64,000 nucleotides of DNA, taken from the NCBI GenBank assembly GCA_964443355.1, contig CAYUDX010000002.1:1227-65226 (forward strand), given 5' to 3'. Under the pieces are notes generated by a model. That model was given only the letters and a program-made list of their open reading frames with translations. It did no database searches and was not told where the DNA came from. Source of the DNA: an uncultured Spirochaetia bacterium. GTDB lineage: Bacteria; Oederibacteriota; PGYV01; Palsa-1178. A program made the translations under genes and the position numbers. Shown here one piece after another: positions 28,585 to 38,979 of this stretch; within the stretch, counting starts at the first letter, position 1; each line of letters begins with the position of its first letter.

Positions 28585-30314
28585 TGAAAAACAAACTTTT
28601 CATCAGGATATTTTTGAGCTACATAATAATCGCGGCGGCAACCGCGGTCCTGGCGGGATTTTTTTCCATCAACTCCATCACATCCCATACGATCGAGACC
28701 CAAAAATCGGTACTGAAAAAGATCATCATTGTCATAACCCCGTCCGTCATCCCTTACCTTAACAACCCTGGAAGCGAGGGGCTCGAGGATTTTGTCAGGA
28801 AAATGAGCGCCGGTACGGATATAAGGTTCAGTTTTATCAACAAGGAAGGGCGCGTGCTGGCGGATTCCGAACACGACCCGGAGACCATGGACAACCACAG
28901 CTACAGGCCCGAGGTAAGGGCCGCCCTTGACGGCAAGGACGGGTATGCCATGCGCTACTCCAATACAATAAAGGAAAACATGCTTTATTACGCATCCCCT
29001 TATTTTGGCGAAAAGAACACCGTCACAGCCGTCATAAGGGCCTCGATGCCGGTTTCGGACATAAGCGCGCTGTCCGACGCCATGATAATGGAGATAATAA
29101 AGGCCCTGTTCCTGGTCCTGCTTGTTGCGCTCGCGGCGGCTTATTTATATTCGCAGAATCTGTACAGGCCCATAAAGGAGCTGGCCATAGCCTCTGGCAA
29201 GGTGGCGGCAAAGGATTTTGACGTAAGGGTGGCTGTCAGGCAACGCGATGAAATGCACGAACTGGCCGAGAATTTTAATTTCATGACGTCGCAGATAAAG
29301 CAGCTTTTTTCCGACCTGACCGAAAAACAGAAACAGCTGGATTCCATAATAGATTCCGTGTCCGAAGGGCTGCTTGTGGTGGACGAAAAGGGAAGGATAG
29401 TGCTCATAAACAAAAGTTTCCGCGCGATCGCCGGCGCGGAGATAAAGGAAGGCGGATTTTACTGGGAATGCTTCATGCCGGTAAAATTCAACGAAATGGT
29501 GGAAAGAGGCTTGAAGAACAGGAGCTATTTCGTGGAACAGCTCGACATCAAGGGCAGGACATACCTTTGCAGCGCGAATTTTCTCGACGAAAAAAAGCAG
29601 GCGGCTTTCGTCCTTTATGACATATCCGAGTTCAAGGACCTGGAACGCATCAAGAAGGATTTTGTGGCAAACGTGTCCCACGAACTGCGCACGCCTCTGA
29701 CTGCCATAAAGGGTTTTGCCGAGACACTGGAGCAGGATTCAAAGGACGCGGAATCGCGCCATTACCTCGACATAATAAAAAAGAACGCCGACAGGCTCAT
29801 CAATATAGTCACGGACCTGCTGACATTGTCCCAGCTGGAAGAGATGGAAAAGCTGGGTGACACCGAAAAAGTCAACATGGCAGAGGTCGTCGCCAACGCC
29901 GCAAAGATATTTGAACAGGCGATCAAGGCAAAGGGGATAGAAATACGAGTGAACATGGACAAAAATCTGCCGGCGATAAAAGGGGATTTTTTCAGGCTCG
30001 AGCAGGTATTCATAAACCTGATAGACAATGCCGTAAAATACACGGAAAAAGGGAACATCGAAATATCGGCAAAATCGGACGGTAAACAAATAATAATGAA
30101 GGTGGCGGATACCGGCGCGGGAATAGCGCAGGACCACCTGCCCAGGATATTCGAAAGGTTCTACGTGGTGGACAAGTCGCGCTCCAGAAAACTCGGCGGC
30201 ACCGGGCTCGGGTTATCCATAGTAAAGCACATAATAGGGCTCCACAACGGCCGCATCACGGTCGTCAGCGAGCAGGGAAAAGGCACGACATTCGAGATAA
30301 CGCTCCCGCTTTGA
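28584..30314 (+). CDS. Sensor histidine kinase, PhoR-like (TM-HAMP-PAS-HisKA-HATPase)
   Basis: HisKA H-box SHELRTPL; N, G1 and G2 boxes (NLIDNAVKYT, DTGAGI, GGTGLGLSIV); two TM segments. Confidence 0.8.
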   Translation: MKNKLFIRIFLSYIIIAAATAVLAGFFSINSITSHTIETQKSVLKKIIIVITPSVIPYLNNPGSEGLEDFVRKMSAGTDIRFSFINKEGRVLADSEHDPETMDNHSYRPEVRAALDGKDGYAMRYSNTIKENMLYYASPYFGEKNTVTAVIRASMPVSDISALSDAMIMEIIKALFLVLLVALAAAYLYSQNLYRPIKELAIASGKVAAKDFDVRVAVRQRDEMHELAENFNFMTSQIKQLFSDLTEKQKQLDSIIDSVSEGLLVVDEKGRIVLINKSFRAIAGAEIKEGGFYWECFMPVKFNEMVERGLKNRSYFVEQLDIKGRTYLCSANFLDEKKQAAFVLYDISEFKDLERIKKDFVANVSHELRTPLTAIKGFAETLEQDSKDAESRHYLDIIKKNADRLINIVTDLLTLSQLEEMEKLGDTEKVNMAEVVANAAKIFEQAIKAKGIEIRVNMDKNLPAIKGDFFRLEQVFINLIDNAVKYTEKGNIEISAKSDGKQIIMKVADTGAGIAQDHLPRIFERFYVVDKSRSRKLGGTGLGLSIVKHIIGLHNGRITVVSEQGKGTTFEITLPL

Positions 30315-30347
30315 TCCCGTTTTTACCCATTTCCGATTAATCAGAAA

Positions 30348-30390
30348 TTAACAATCCAATCATACCGCCTTAACACCCTTTTCTTATAAT
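30348..30390 (+). promoter_or_regulatory. Pho-box-like array: TTAACA-N5-ATCATA-N5-TTAACA-N5-TTCTTA overlapping a TATAAT -10
   Basis: Hexamers at 30348, 30359, 30370 and 30381; TATAAT at 30385-30390, upstream of the porin gene. Confidence 0.5.
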
Positions 30391-30494
30391 TTCATCGTAA
30401 AAATAAAAAGCCAGTGAGCTTTATGTCAAATAAAAAAACACGGGAATTTTTGAAGGATGAAGACAGGGATCTTAAAAAACCAAGGAGGAAGGAA

Positions 30495-31613
30495 ATGAAA
30501 AAAGCACTAAGTTTTGTTTTAGCAGCAGTTTTTGCCCTCACGTTCTTTGCCTTTGCTTTTGCGGACGTCACGACGACATTTTACGGAATGCAGTGGCTCC
30601 GGTATGATTACCAGGTGTACGGGGGATCTTACGGCCCGGCGACATACGCAGGCGGAGGAGACAGCGACAACACGTTTTCCATACCGAGGACGTATCTGAG
30701 ATGGAAAATGGTGGGGGACGGATTTGAAGGGAACATAACCCTTGACATCAACAACGTGGACGGCGGACAGAATTCGGGAAAAAACTGGTCAAAAGACCTG
30801 CCGGGAGCCCTCACAACAGGCTCAATAGACTGGGCAATATGGGTAAAGAAGGCTTCTGTTGATTTCACAAACATACCGTTCCTTTCAAATATCGACGCCG
30901 CGATAAGGGTAGGACAGCAGGACGTGTATTTCGGAACGATCGATACATGGTCATATCCTACGATAGAGAAAGCCATCGAAGACAAGAACGGAGTCATCAG
31001 CAGCGCAGACCAGGGAATATCGCTCGTCGGAAAGCTCGGCGGATGGGGCGGATATGAAGCGGCTGTTTACAACGGGACCGGATACAAGACAACAGCGATC
31101 GATTCAAACCAGGACATCACCGACAAAGCGTATGATATGAGCGTGCTTTTGACCCCTATCGCGGGAATTTATGCAAGGGCATCCTATTATCACAGGCTCA
31201 CCAATCCCCTCGGCACAAAGACTTACGGTTATAACACATCGGCTTTGGTCGTTGGCGGAGCATCCGGACCGATAGAAGGTTTCGTGGAATATTTGACGGC
31301 CAATGACGCAAGCAAATACACCGCGGGCTCGGTATCAGGAGTCCTCGTCGGATGGGAAGGCTATATGGGCATAAAGCTTACAGACATGGTACAGCTTGTC
31401 GCCAGGATAGACACATACGACCCGGATACAAGGACGCACAATAATGAAGTCAACACATACATAGCAGGCGTGAACATAGCCATGACGAACGCGACAACTT
31501 TACAGCTTGATTACCAGCTTGACGCCAACAAGTTCCCGTACCTCGGCGGCGCCAAAGACAACAACAATTCCAACAACAACCAGTTCCTTGCGCAGCTCGT
31601 CTGGAAATGGTAA
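30495..31613 (+). CDS. Outer-membrane beta-barrel porin (possibly phosphate-selective, OprO/P-like by context)
   Basis: Signal peptide, alternating amphipathic strands and a C-terminal aromatic (LVWKW). AGGAGG RBS precedes ATG 30495. Located between phoBR-like genes and pstS. Confidence 0.55.
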   Translation: MKKALSFVLAAVFALTFFAFAFADVTTTFYGMQWLRYDYQVYGGSYGPATYAGGGDSDNTFSIPRTYLRWKMVGDGFEGNITLDINNVDGGQNSGKNWSKDLPGALTTGSIDWAIWVKKASVDFTNIPFLSNIDAAIRVGQQDVYFGTIDTWSYPTIEKAIEDKNGVISSADQGISLVGKLGGWGGYEAAVYNGTGYKTTAIDSNQDITDKAYDMSVLLTPIAGIYARASYYHRLTNPLGTKTYGYNTSALVVGGASGPIEGFVEYLTANDASKYTAGSVSGVLVGWEGYMGIKLTDMVQLVARIDTYDPDTRTHNNEVNTYIAGVNIAMTNATTLQLDYQLDANKFPYLGGAKDNNNSNNNQFLAQLVWKW

Positions 31614-31680
31614 CATTGTAGAAACAGAAAAACAGGATCCGAGTAGTTAAATAAAAACTGATAAAAATCAGGAGGGTAAG

Positions 31681-32523
31681 ATGAAAAATTTAACAAAGGC
31701 GGCGGCAGTTCTCGCGCTTGCCGCGGTACTTACGGTTCCCGCTTTCGGATGGAATTTTCCGTGGGCGTCGAAATCCGCGAACAAGCTTGCGCTTCAGGGC
31801 TCCACAACGGTCCTTCCGATAGCGCAGAAAGAAGCGGAAGAGTTCATGAAGGCGAATAAAGATGCGGACATATCGGTTTCAGGCGGAGGATCGGGCGTCG
31901 GAATATCGGCCCTGATAGACAGCTCGTGCGATATCGGCGATTCCTCAAGGTCGATAAAGGCGAAAGAAATAGTCATGGCAAAGCAGAAAGGCGTAAATCC
32001 CGTGGGAACGATCATCGCCAATGACGGCATTGCGGTCGTCGTTAACAACGGGAACAAAGTAGAGGCGCTTTCGCTCGACCAGCTGAAGGCCATTTATTCC
32101 GGCCAGATAACAAAGTGGAGCCAGGTAGGCGGATCCGACGACACCATAGTGATAATTTCGCGCGACAGCGCATCCGGCACATTCGAGGTTTTCAACGAGC
32201 TGGTCCTGAAAGGCGCGAAACTGCGCGAGGATTCACTCATGCAGGCTTCCAACAAGGAAGTGGCGGAGACGGTCGCAAAAACACCGGGCGCGATAGGCTA
32301 CGTAGGGCTGGGATACCTCTCGAGCGACCTTAAGGCCCTTAAGATCGCGGGAGTCATGCCTTCCGATGCGACCGTATTGAACGGCACATACAAGCTCTCA
32401 AGGCCCCTTTATATGTACACGAACGGCGACCCTTCCGGGCTCGCAAAAACCTTCATCGACTTTATTTTAAGCGACGAAGGACAGAAAATAGTCAAAGATG
32501 TCGGGTTTGTGGTGGTAAAGTAA
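31681..32523 (+). CDS. pstS: Phosphate ABC transporter substrate-binding protein
   Basis: Signal peptide, then the PstS-family core (LQGSTTVLPIAQKEAEEF ... SGGGSGVGI). Confidence 0.85.
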   Translation: MKNLTKAAAVLALAAVLTVPAFGWNFPWASKSANKLALQGSTTVLPIAQKEAEEFMKANKDADISVSGGGSGVGISALIDSSCDIGDSSRSIKAKEIVMAKQKGVNPVGTIIANDGIAVVVNNGNKVEALSLDQLKAIYSGQITKWSQVGGSDDTIVIISRDSASGTFEVFNELVLKGAKLREDSLMQASNKEVAETVAKTPGAIGYVGLGYLSSDLKALKIAGVMPSDATVLNGTYKLSRPLYMYTNGDPSGLAKTFIDFILSDEGQKIVKDVGFVVVK

Positions 32524-32672
32524 ATCCAGAGACCTGCAATAAAAGTTCCTGAAAAGGCCCGCCTTTTGGCGGGCCTTTTCTTTTTAACACAATCTTAACA
32601 ATCGGGCAACTTTCCATTAACATGCGGGCCATATAATATGTTGGAAAATAGAAGAAAATAACGGAGAAAAAA

Positions 32673-33551
32673 ATGGCAAAACAAACCGGAATGAGGAAAA
32701 ATTTTATCGAACGCATATTGCCCGCAGTCGCGTCAATATCGCTGCTTTTTCTCCTGGGCATCGCGGTCACACTGGTATTTGCCTCTTTGCCGGTGTTCCA
32801 GACAGTATCGGTCAAGGACTTCATTTTCGGGACCGACTGGAGGCCGACTGCCGAGCCGCCGTCGCTGGGGATATGGTCGCTGATAGTCGCATCCTTTTTT
32901 GTCACAGTGGGCGCAATACTTTTTGCGGTACCGCTGGGGCTGGGCAGCGCGGTGTATATAGCCGAGCTGGCGAACCCCACCATGAAGGAAATATTAAAAC
33001 CAATAATGGAAATACTCGCCGGCATCCCGTCGGTTGTTTTCGGTTTTTTCGGAATAGTATTCGTGGCGCCCATAGTCCAAAAAGTGTTCCACCTGAATAC
33101 GGGGCTCTGCGGTTTTACCGCGGCCCTTATACTCGGCATAATGGCCATACCGACGATCTCCAGCATCTCGGAGGACGCGATATCCGCGATATCAAAGGAA
33201 CTGCGTAACGCATCGTACGCCCTTGGCGCAAACAAATGGGAGACCATAATAAAGGCCGTCATCCCCGCCGCAAAATCCGGCATATTCACCGCTATCATAC
33301 TCGGTGTGTCCCGCGCCATGGGAGAGACAATGACGGTATTAATGGTCGCCGGAGGCGCCGTAAAAGTGCCGACCTCGCTGTTTGACCCGATGAGGCCGAT
33401 GACCGCGACCATCGCCGGGGAAATGGGAGAAGCGGTCGGAGGCAGCGCCCATTACCACGCCCTTTTCGCAATGGGGCTCGTCCTGTTCATCATAAATATA
33501 TGTTTCAATTTAACCGCCGAGTATTTCCAGAAGGGGAAAAGGAATGTTTAA
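32673..33551 (+). CDS. pstC: Phosphate ABC transporter permease PstC
   Basis: Six-TM permease with the EAA-like loop (ASYALGANKWETI). Confidence 0.85.
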   Translation: MAKQTGMRKNFIERILPAVASISLLFLLGIAVTLVFASLPVFQTVSVKDFIFGTDWRPTAEPPSLGIWSLIVASFFVTVGAILFAVPLGLGSAVYIAELANPTMKEILKPIMEILAGIPSVVFGFFGIVFVAPIVQKVFHLNTGLCGFTAALILGIMAIPTISSISEDAISAISKELRNASYALGANKWETIIKAVIPAAKSGIFTAIILGVSRAMGETMTVLMVAGGAVKVPTSLFDPMRPMTATIAGEMGEAVGGSAHYHALFAMGLVLFIINICFNLTAEYFQKGKRNV

Positions 33552-34428
33552 AAACATGGCTTCGGCAATCAGATCAAAGGAATCAAGGTCCATAAACCAG
33601 GAGCTTGGGTTTACCCTCCTGAAATTATGCATTCTTATGGTCGTTTTGTCGCTGGGCGTGCTGGTTGTATTCATTATAGTAAAAGGGGCCGGAGTCATTA
33701 ATATACAATTTTTAACCCAGTCGCCGCGTGACGGAATGGTAAAAGGGGGTATTTTTCCCGCAATATTGGGGACTTTTCTTCTTTCATTGGGCGCCATAAT
33801 TTTTGCACTGCCGACGGGCGCACTTACGGCTGTGTGGCTCACCGAATACGCCACAAGCCAGAGATTTGTGCGTATAATAAGGATAGGGATAAACAGCCTT
33901 GCCGGAGTGCCTTCCATTGTTTTCGGGCTTTTTGGCCTGGCGTTCTTTGTTAAATTCATGGGTTTCGGCGTATCGCTGCTGTCCGGGTCGTTCGTTCTCG
34001 GCATCCTTATACTGCCGACAATCATCGGGGCCTCCGAAGAGGCGCTTTTGACCGTGCCGAAATCTTTCAAGGAAGCCTCGCTCAGCCTTGGCGCCACAAG
34101 ATGGGAGACAATGTCAAAAATAATCCTGCCCAACGCCATTCCGGGGATCCTGACCGGGATAATTTTGAGCGTCGGCCGCGCGGCCGGGGAGACGGCGCCG
34201 ATACTTATGACGGCCGCGACATTTTACACGGCGCGCCTGCCGAATTCGCTTTTTTCAAAGGTCATGGCGCTGCCCTACCATATTTACGCGCTTATGACCG
34301 AGGGTTCCGCGAAGGGCCAGACAGAGATAGCCTACGGGACCGCGCTTGTGCTTTTGATGCTGGTGCTTGCAATAAACAGCGTTGCCATATATATCAGGAT
34401 AAAGGCAAGAAGGAAGAGGAAATGGTAA
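33544..34428 (+). CDS. pstA: Phosphate ABC transporter permease PstA
   Basis: Second permease with SLSLGATRWETMSKIILP. Start overlaps the pstC stop. Confidence 0.85.
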   Translation: MFKNMASAIRSKESRSINQELGFTLLKLCILMVVLSLGVLVVFIIVKGAGVINIQFLTQSPRDGMVKGGIFPAILGTFLLSLGAIIFALPTGALTAVWLTEYATSQRFVRIIRIGINSLAGVPSIVFGLFGLAFFVKFMGFGVSLLSGSFVLGILILPTIIGASEEALLTVPKSFKEASLSLGATRWETMSKIILPNAIPGILTGIILSVGRAAGETAPILMTAATFYTARLPNSLFSKVMALPYHIYALMTEGSAKGQTEIAYGTALVLLMLVLAINSVAIYIRIKARRKRKW

Positions 34429-34461
34429 TGGAAACGGCGAAAACGACGACGGGAGAAAACC

Positions 34462-35226
34462 ATGAGTGAAAACATCAGGATACAGGTAAGTAATTTCAAC
34501 GCCTATTACGGCGACAAGCACGCATTAAAGAACCTTAATATCGACATACCGGGGAACATGATAGTCGCCATGATCGGGCCTTCGGGCTGCGGGAAATCTA
34601 CTTTTTTAAGGTCGATAAACAGGATGAACGACCTCATAGACGGCTTCCATGTGGACGGGGCCATGAAAATAGACGGGCATGACGTATATGACAAAGATAT
34701 CGACGTCACAAAGCTCCGCAGGAACACGGGCATGGTATTCCAGAAACCGAACCCTTTCCCGAAATCGATATTTGACAACATAGCATACGGCCTTAAGATC
34801 AACAAGATGTGCGGCAACCAGAAGGACCTCGAGGAAAAGGTGGAAAAAAGCCTCATCGAAGCCGGATTGTGGGAAGAGGTGAAAGACGACCTTGACAAGA
34901 GCGCCTTCGAGCTTTCCGGAGGCCAGCAGCAGAGGCTCTGCATAGCTAGGGCCCTTGTGATAAAGCCTGAGATCATACTCATGGACGAGCCCACGGCATC
35001 GCTTGACCCGATATCCACCTCAAAGATCGAGGAGCTCATACAGGTGCTTAAAAGCGAATATACCATAGTCATCGTGACACATAACATGCAGCAGGCGGCG
35101 CGCGTCGCGGACAGGACGGCGTTTTTCATGCTCGGAGAAATAATAGAATACGATGTGACCTCGAAAATGTTCACAAAGCCGGAAAAAAAGATGACCGAAG
35201 ATTACATTACGGGAAGGTTCGGATAG
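34462..35226 (+). CDS. pstB: Phosphate ABC transporter ATP-binding protein
   Basis: Walker [10 protein letters not shown], signature LSGGQQQRL, Walker [12 protein letters not shown]. Confidence 0.9.
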   Translation: MSENIRIQVSNFNAYYGDKHALKNLNIDIPGNMIVAMIGPSGCGKSTFLRSINRMNDLIDGFHVDGAMKIDGHDVYDKDIDVTKLRRNTGMVFQKPNPFPKSIFDNIAYGLKINKMCGNQKDLEEKVEKSLIEAGLWEEVKDDLDKSAFELSGGQQQRLCIARALVIKPEIILMDEPTASLDPISTSKIEELIQVLKSEYTIVIVTHNMQQAARVADRTAFFMLGEIIEYDVTSKMFTKPEKKMTEDYITGRFG

Positions 35227-35266
35227 TTTTTTTTCGCTCAAAACAAATACGCGATCGGGAGGTTTT

Positions 35267-35926
35267 ATGGAGAGGCATTTTGACGAAGAATTGAACAACC
35301 TGAAGAGGAATATACTGAAGATGGCGTCCCTTGTGGACGAGGCCATAGACAAGGCCATCAGGGCCCTTGTGGAAAGAAAAGAAGAGCTTGCCATGGAAGT
35401 TGAGAACCAGGACAACGCCATTGACATGCTCGAGATCGAGATAGACATGCTATGTCTCGACCTTCTCGCGCGCAGGCAGCCCATCGCCATCGACCTGAGG
35501 TTCATTGCCTCGGTAATGAAGATAAACAGCGACCTGGAACGCATAGGCGATCTTGCGGCCAACATAGGCCACAAGACGCAGATCCTCGTCAAATATCCGC
35601 AGCTGAAGCCTTTGATAGACATACCTAAAATGGGCGAGCTGATAAGGGGGATGCTGAAAGATTCCATAACCGCGCTTGTCGACAAGAATTCCGAGCTTGC
35701 CAGGAACATAACGGCCAGGGACGTCATGGTGGACGACCTTTACGTCCAGGTTTTCAGGGAAGTGCTCACGCACATGATGGAGGACAACGACAACATAAAG
35801 ACAGGGATAGAGCTGATATTGATAGCGAAACATCTCGAGAGGATGGCCGACCACATCACAAACATAGCCGAGGATATAGTTTACATGGTCGAGGGAAAGA
35901 CGATAAAACATAAATTTGAGGCGTAA
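35267..35926 (+). CDS. phoU: Phosphate signalling complex protein PhoU
   Basis: Two PhoU repeats (..[12 protein letters not shown].. / ..[18 protein letters not shown]); 219 aa. Confidence 0.9.
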   Translation: MERHFDEELNNLKRNILKMASLVDEAIDKAIRALVERKEELAMEVENQDNAIDMLEIEIDMLCLDLLARRQPIAIDLRFIASVMKINSDLERIGDLAANIGHKTQILVKYPQLKPLIDIPKMGELIRGMLKDSITALVDKNSELARNITARDVMVDDLYVQVFREVLTHMMEDNDNIKTGIELILIAKHLERMADHITNIAEDIVYMVEGKTIKHKFEA

Positions 35927-35952
35927 AATGTTCCGGTGGAAAGGAAATCGGC

Positions 35953-36381
35953 ATGGATAAGACAAAAGTGCTCTTTGTTTGCATCCACAATTCGGCGCGC
36001 TCGCAGATGGCGGAGGCTTTTCTCAACAGGCTCGGGGAAAAGGATTTTATGGCCGAGAGCGCGGGCATAGAGCCGGGAAAGCTCAACCCCTACGTCGTCG
36101 AGGTGATGGCTGAGATAGGGTATGATATTTCAAAGAACGCGACAAAGAGCGTATTTGATTTTGCCAAAGAGGGCAGGAAATACGATTATGTCATAACCGT
36201 GTGCGACAAGGATGCGGCAGAGCGGTGCCCGGTTTTTTACGGACCGCATGAGCATCTCCACTGGTCCTTCCCGGACCCTTCCACGATGGAAGGCACCGAC
36301 GACATGAAAAGGTCGAAGGCAAGGGCCGTAAGGGACGAGATAAAGAGAAAAATAATACAATTCGTGGCGCACGAGTTGTAA
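35953..36381 (+). CDS. arsC: Arsenate reductase, thioredoxin-coupled LMW-PTP type (ArsC), paralog 1
   Basis: [15 protein letters not shown]-loop (C-x5-R-S) and [13 protein letters not shown] with the Cys82/Cys89 pair. Confidence 0.7.
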   Translation: MDKTKVLFVCIHNSARSQMAEAFLNRLGEKDFMAESAGIEPGKLNPYVVEVMAEIGYDISKNATKSVFDFAKEGRKYDYVITVCDKDAAERCPVFYGPHEHLHWSFPDPSTMEGTDDMKRSKARAVRDEIKRKIIQFVAHEL

Positions 36382-36400
36382 TAAAAAATTTAAGATCAGA

Positions 36401-36435
36401 TTTGACATATTCCATGCGGTGGTTATAACGGCGCC
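36401..36435 (+). promoter_or_regulatory. Sigma70-like promoter TTGACA-16-TATAAC for the second arsC-like gene
   Basis: gatTTGACAtattccatgcggtggtTATAACgg. Confidence 0.45.
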
Positions 36436-36472
36436 GGGAGTTTCATGAATTGAAAATCAGCCGGAGGTTTTT

Positions 36473-36898
36473 ATGGATAAAATAAAAGTTTTGTTCGTCT
36501 GCACGCATAACTCCGGCCGTTCACAGATTGCCGAGGCATTCTTGAACAATCTCGCCGGTGACAGGTTCTTCGCGGAGAGCGCGGGCATCGAAGCGGGGGT
36601 GCTGAATCCCGTCGTGGTCGAGTCCATGAAAGAGGCGGGCATCGACATCTCCAAGAACAAGACCAAATCCGTCTTTGACTTTTATAAACAGGGCAGGCTG
36701 TACTCATATGTCATTACAGTTTGCGAAAAAGAGGCCGCGGACCGCTGCCCCGTATTCATCGGCGTCACCAGGCGCATACAGTGGTTCTTTAAGGACCCGG
36801 CAAAGTTCGAGGGCACGCACGACGAAAAATTAAAGCAGGTCGACCAGGTAAGGGACGAGATAAAAGAGGCTGTAATAAAATTCACCGCCGAAACATGA
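36473..36898 (+). CDS. arsC: Arsenate reductase / LMW-PTP family, paralog 2
   Basis: [14 protein letters not shown] and [13 protein letters not shown]; ~50% identical to paralog 1. Confidence 0.65.
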   Translation: MDKIKVLFVCTHNSGRSQIAEAFLNNLAGDRFFAESAGIEAGVLNPVVVESMKEAGIDISKNKTKSVFDFYKQGRLYSYVITVCEKEAADRCPVFIGVTRRIQWFFKDPAKFEGTHDEKLKQVDQVRDEIKEAVIKFTAET

Positions 36899-37230
36899 TC
36901 ACGCCTCCCGCCCGTACGCGTCTTTTTGCGCTTTTCTTCTGAAAGATCAAACACACTTCCGCCGCCGCTTTTAACGGCATAAACCCTTTTTATCCAAAAA
37001 AACAACGTCCGGCGCATCCCGCAATAATGAATAATGCATGAGGTCGGAGCATGCCCGAAAACCGCCAAAATTTTAAACGCCCGTCTTTTAAGCCATATGA
37101 TCGGGCCGAACAGCCCGCGGCCTTCCGTTAAAAAACCAGCGCATTGAACATCCTAAAGCTTGCAATAAATTAATTTGAAATTAAGTGTATATGAATGCGC
37201 GGATTGTATAGTTTCCGTGCAAGAAAAGAT

Positions 37231-37248
37231 TGTACGGATGTCCGTACA
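37231..37248. promoter_or_regulatory. Perfect palindrome TGTACGGA-tg-TCCGTACA (candidate GntR/PhnF operator)
   Basis: Lies 35 bp upstream of the GntR gene start at 37283. Confidence 0.45.
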
Positions 37249-37282
37249 AGTCGCGACTAATAATGCTTGGAAAGGACTCTCC

Positions 37283-38008
37283 ATGATAACAAAAGAAAAG
37301 CCGTTGTTTGAGCAGGTGTCGGGCTCGATCCTCACGCAGCTGGAGAAACGGGAATACGGCATAGGTTCCAGGCTGCCGAGCGAGGAAGAGTACCGGAACA
37401 AATACAGGGTAAGCAGGCATACGGTCAGGGAGGCCCTGAGAAAACTTGAAGGCGAAGGCTATATTTACAGGATACAGGGAAAAGGGGCTTTTCTCGCGAA
37501 AAAAAAGGTTTCCTATAATGTTTCCAAAAAGACCCAGTTTTCGCAGTCCGTGCTTGATACAAGCCTTGCCACCAGCTCAAAGCTCATGGGGATATCGGTA
37601 ATATACGCCGACGAGAAGGGTGAACTCATGGAAAAGCTCGAGGTGGGAAAAAAGCAGAAAGTATGGGCCCTTGAGATCCTGAGGTTCATAAACAACGCCC
37701 CTTTTATTTATTCAACCTCCTACCTGCCGGAGAACAGGTTCAGGGGACTGGACAGGCACTTGAACGGAAGGTCGTTCTCCCTGTACAAATTATTGCAGGA
37801 GAATTACGCGGTGAACGGAATAACCAGGACTTCCTCCGTCTTTGAGGTGGGGATACCGGGAAGAGAGGAAATATCGGTCCTGCAGATATCAAAAACGATC
37901 CCGTTGATGATAGTGAAAAGCCGGGCAAAGGATGCTGATGAAACAATGGTTGAATACTGCGTTTCAAGGTTCAGAGGCGACATGGCCAGCCTTAAAGTCG
38001 CATTCTAG
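37283..38008 (+). CDS. phnF: GntR/HutC-family transcriptional regulator (PhnF-like; HTH + UTRA domain)
   Basis: GntR HTH (LPSEEEYRNKYRVSRHTVREALRKLEGEGYI) with a UTRA-like C-terminal domain; heads the phn cluster. Confidence 0.65.
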   Translation: MITKEKPLFEQVSGSILTQLEKREYGIGSRLPSEEEYRNKYRVSRHTVREALRKLEGEGYIYRIQGKGAFLAKKKVSYNVSKKTQFSQSVLDTSLATSSKLMGISVIYADEKGELMEKLEVGKKQKVWALEILRFINNAPFIYSTSYLPENRFRGLDRHLNGRSFSLYKLLQENYAVNGITRTSSVFEVGIPGREEISVLQISKTIPLMIVKSRAKDADETMVEYCVSRFRGDMASLKVAF

Positions 38009-38068
38009 GAGGTGATAAGGCAAGTGCAGGGTCCGGGAATTAAAAAAAATATAAACGGAGGAAACAAG

Positions 38069-38971
38069 ATGAAATTGCTGTTGAAGCTCATGCTCGTTGT
38101 TCTGGCGTTAGGTTTCTCGGTATCAGCCTGTTTCGCGGAAGATGAACTTGTGATGGGGATCATACCGGCGGAAAACCCTGATATGATGGTGAAGCAGTAC
38201 ACCCCGATGGTGGATTGGCTTTCAAAACAGATGGGAAAGAAGATCAAGATAATCACTGCGACGGATTACACCGGAGTTGTCGAGGCAATGAGGGCGAAAA
38301 AAGTCGACATCGCCTGGTTCGGGCCGTTTTCGTATGTGATGGCCAATGAAAGGGCCGGCGCCGAGGCTGTGGCCGTAGGCATTGACAAGAACGGCGTTTC
38401 CACATACCGTTCGTACCTTGTCACAACCCCTGAAACGGCAAAGCTGCTCGGCATAACCAAGATAGAAAAAGGCGAAGAGGGCATGAAGGCCATATTTGAA
38501 AAGCTCCAGCCTTTCAAGAAAAAACTCAGCTTTACGTTCACGGACCCGGCATCAACGTCGGGCTACGCGATCCCGAGGTATTACATGAACCTGGTTGGAT
38601 TCGACCCCAAGGATAATTTTAAATCGGTCGGCTTTGTGGGCACGCATGACGCGGCGGAGCTTGTGGTAAAGAACCAGATCATACAGATGGCTTCGGACAA
38701 CAATATCAATTACGCGAAGATGGAGAAAATGAAACTGATATCCCCGGAAACGAACGTTATAATCTGGGAATCCCCCGAACTGCCCGGCTCACCCCTGGCA
38801 TTAAGGTCGGACCTTCCGCAGAGCGTTAAGGATGATTTCAAAAAGTACATCCAGGAAGTTCCGAAAGATATCGTGACCGGCTACGGCGAGGTGACAGGGT
38901 ACCAGATAGTGACTGACGCCGATTTTAAGGTCATCAAAGACGTAAAAAAAGTAATAGACGCGCTGAAATAA
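38069..38971 (+). CDS. phnD: Phosphonate ABC transporter substrate-binding protein
   Basis: Signal peptide and PhnD family motifs (MGIIPAENPDMM ... IAWFGPFSYV). GGAGG RBS. Confidence 0.8.
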   Translation: MKLLLKLMLVVLALGFSVSACFAEDELVMGIIPAENPDMMVKQYTPMVDWLSKQMGKKIKIITATDYTGVVEAMRAKKVDIAWFGPFSYVMANERAGAEAVAVGIDKNGVSTYRSYLVTTPETAKLLGITKIEKGEEGMKAIFEKLQPFKKKLSFTFTDPASTSGYAIPRYYMNLVGFDPKDNFKSVGFVGTHDAAELVVKNQIIQMASDNNINYAKMEKMKLISPETNVIIWESPELPGSPLALRSDLPQSVKDDFKKYIQEVPKDIVTGYGEVTGYQIVTDADFKVIKDVKKVIDALK

Positions 38972-38979
38972 GGGACAAC

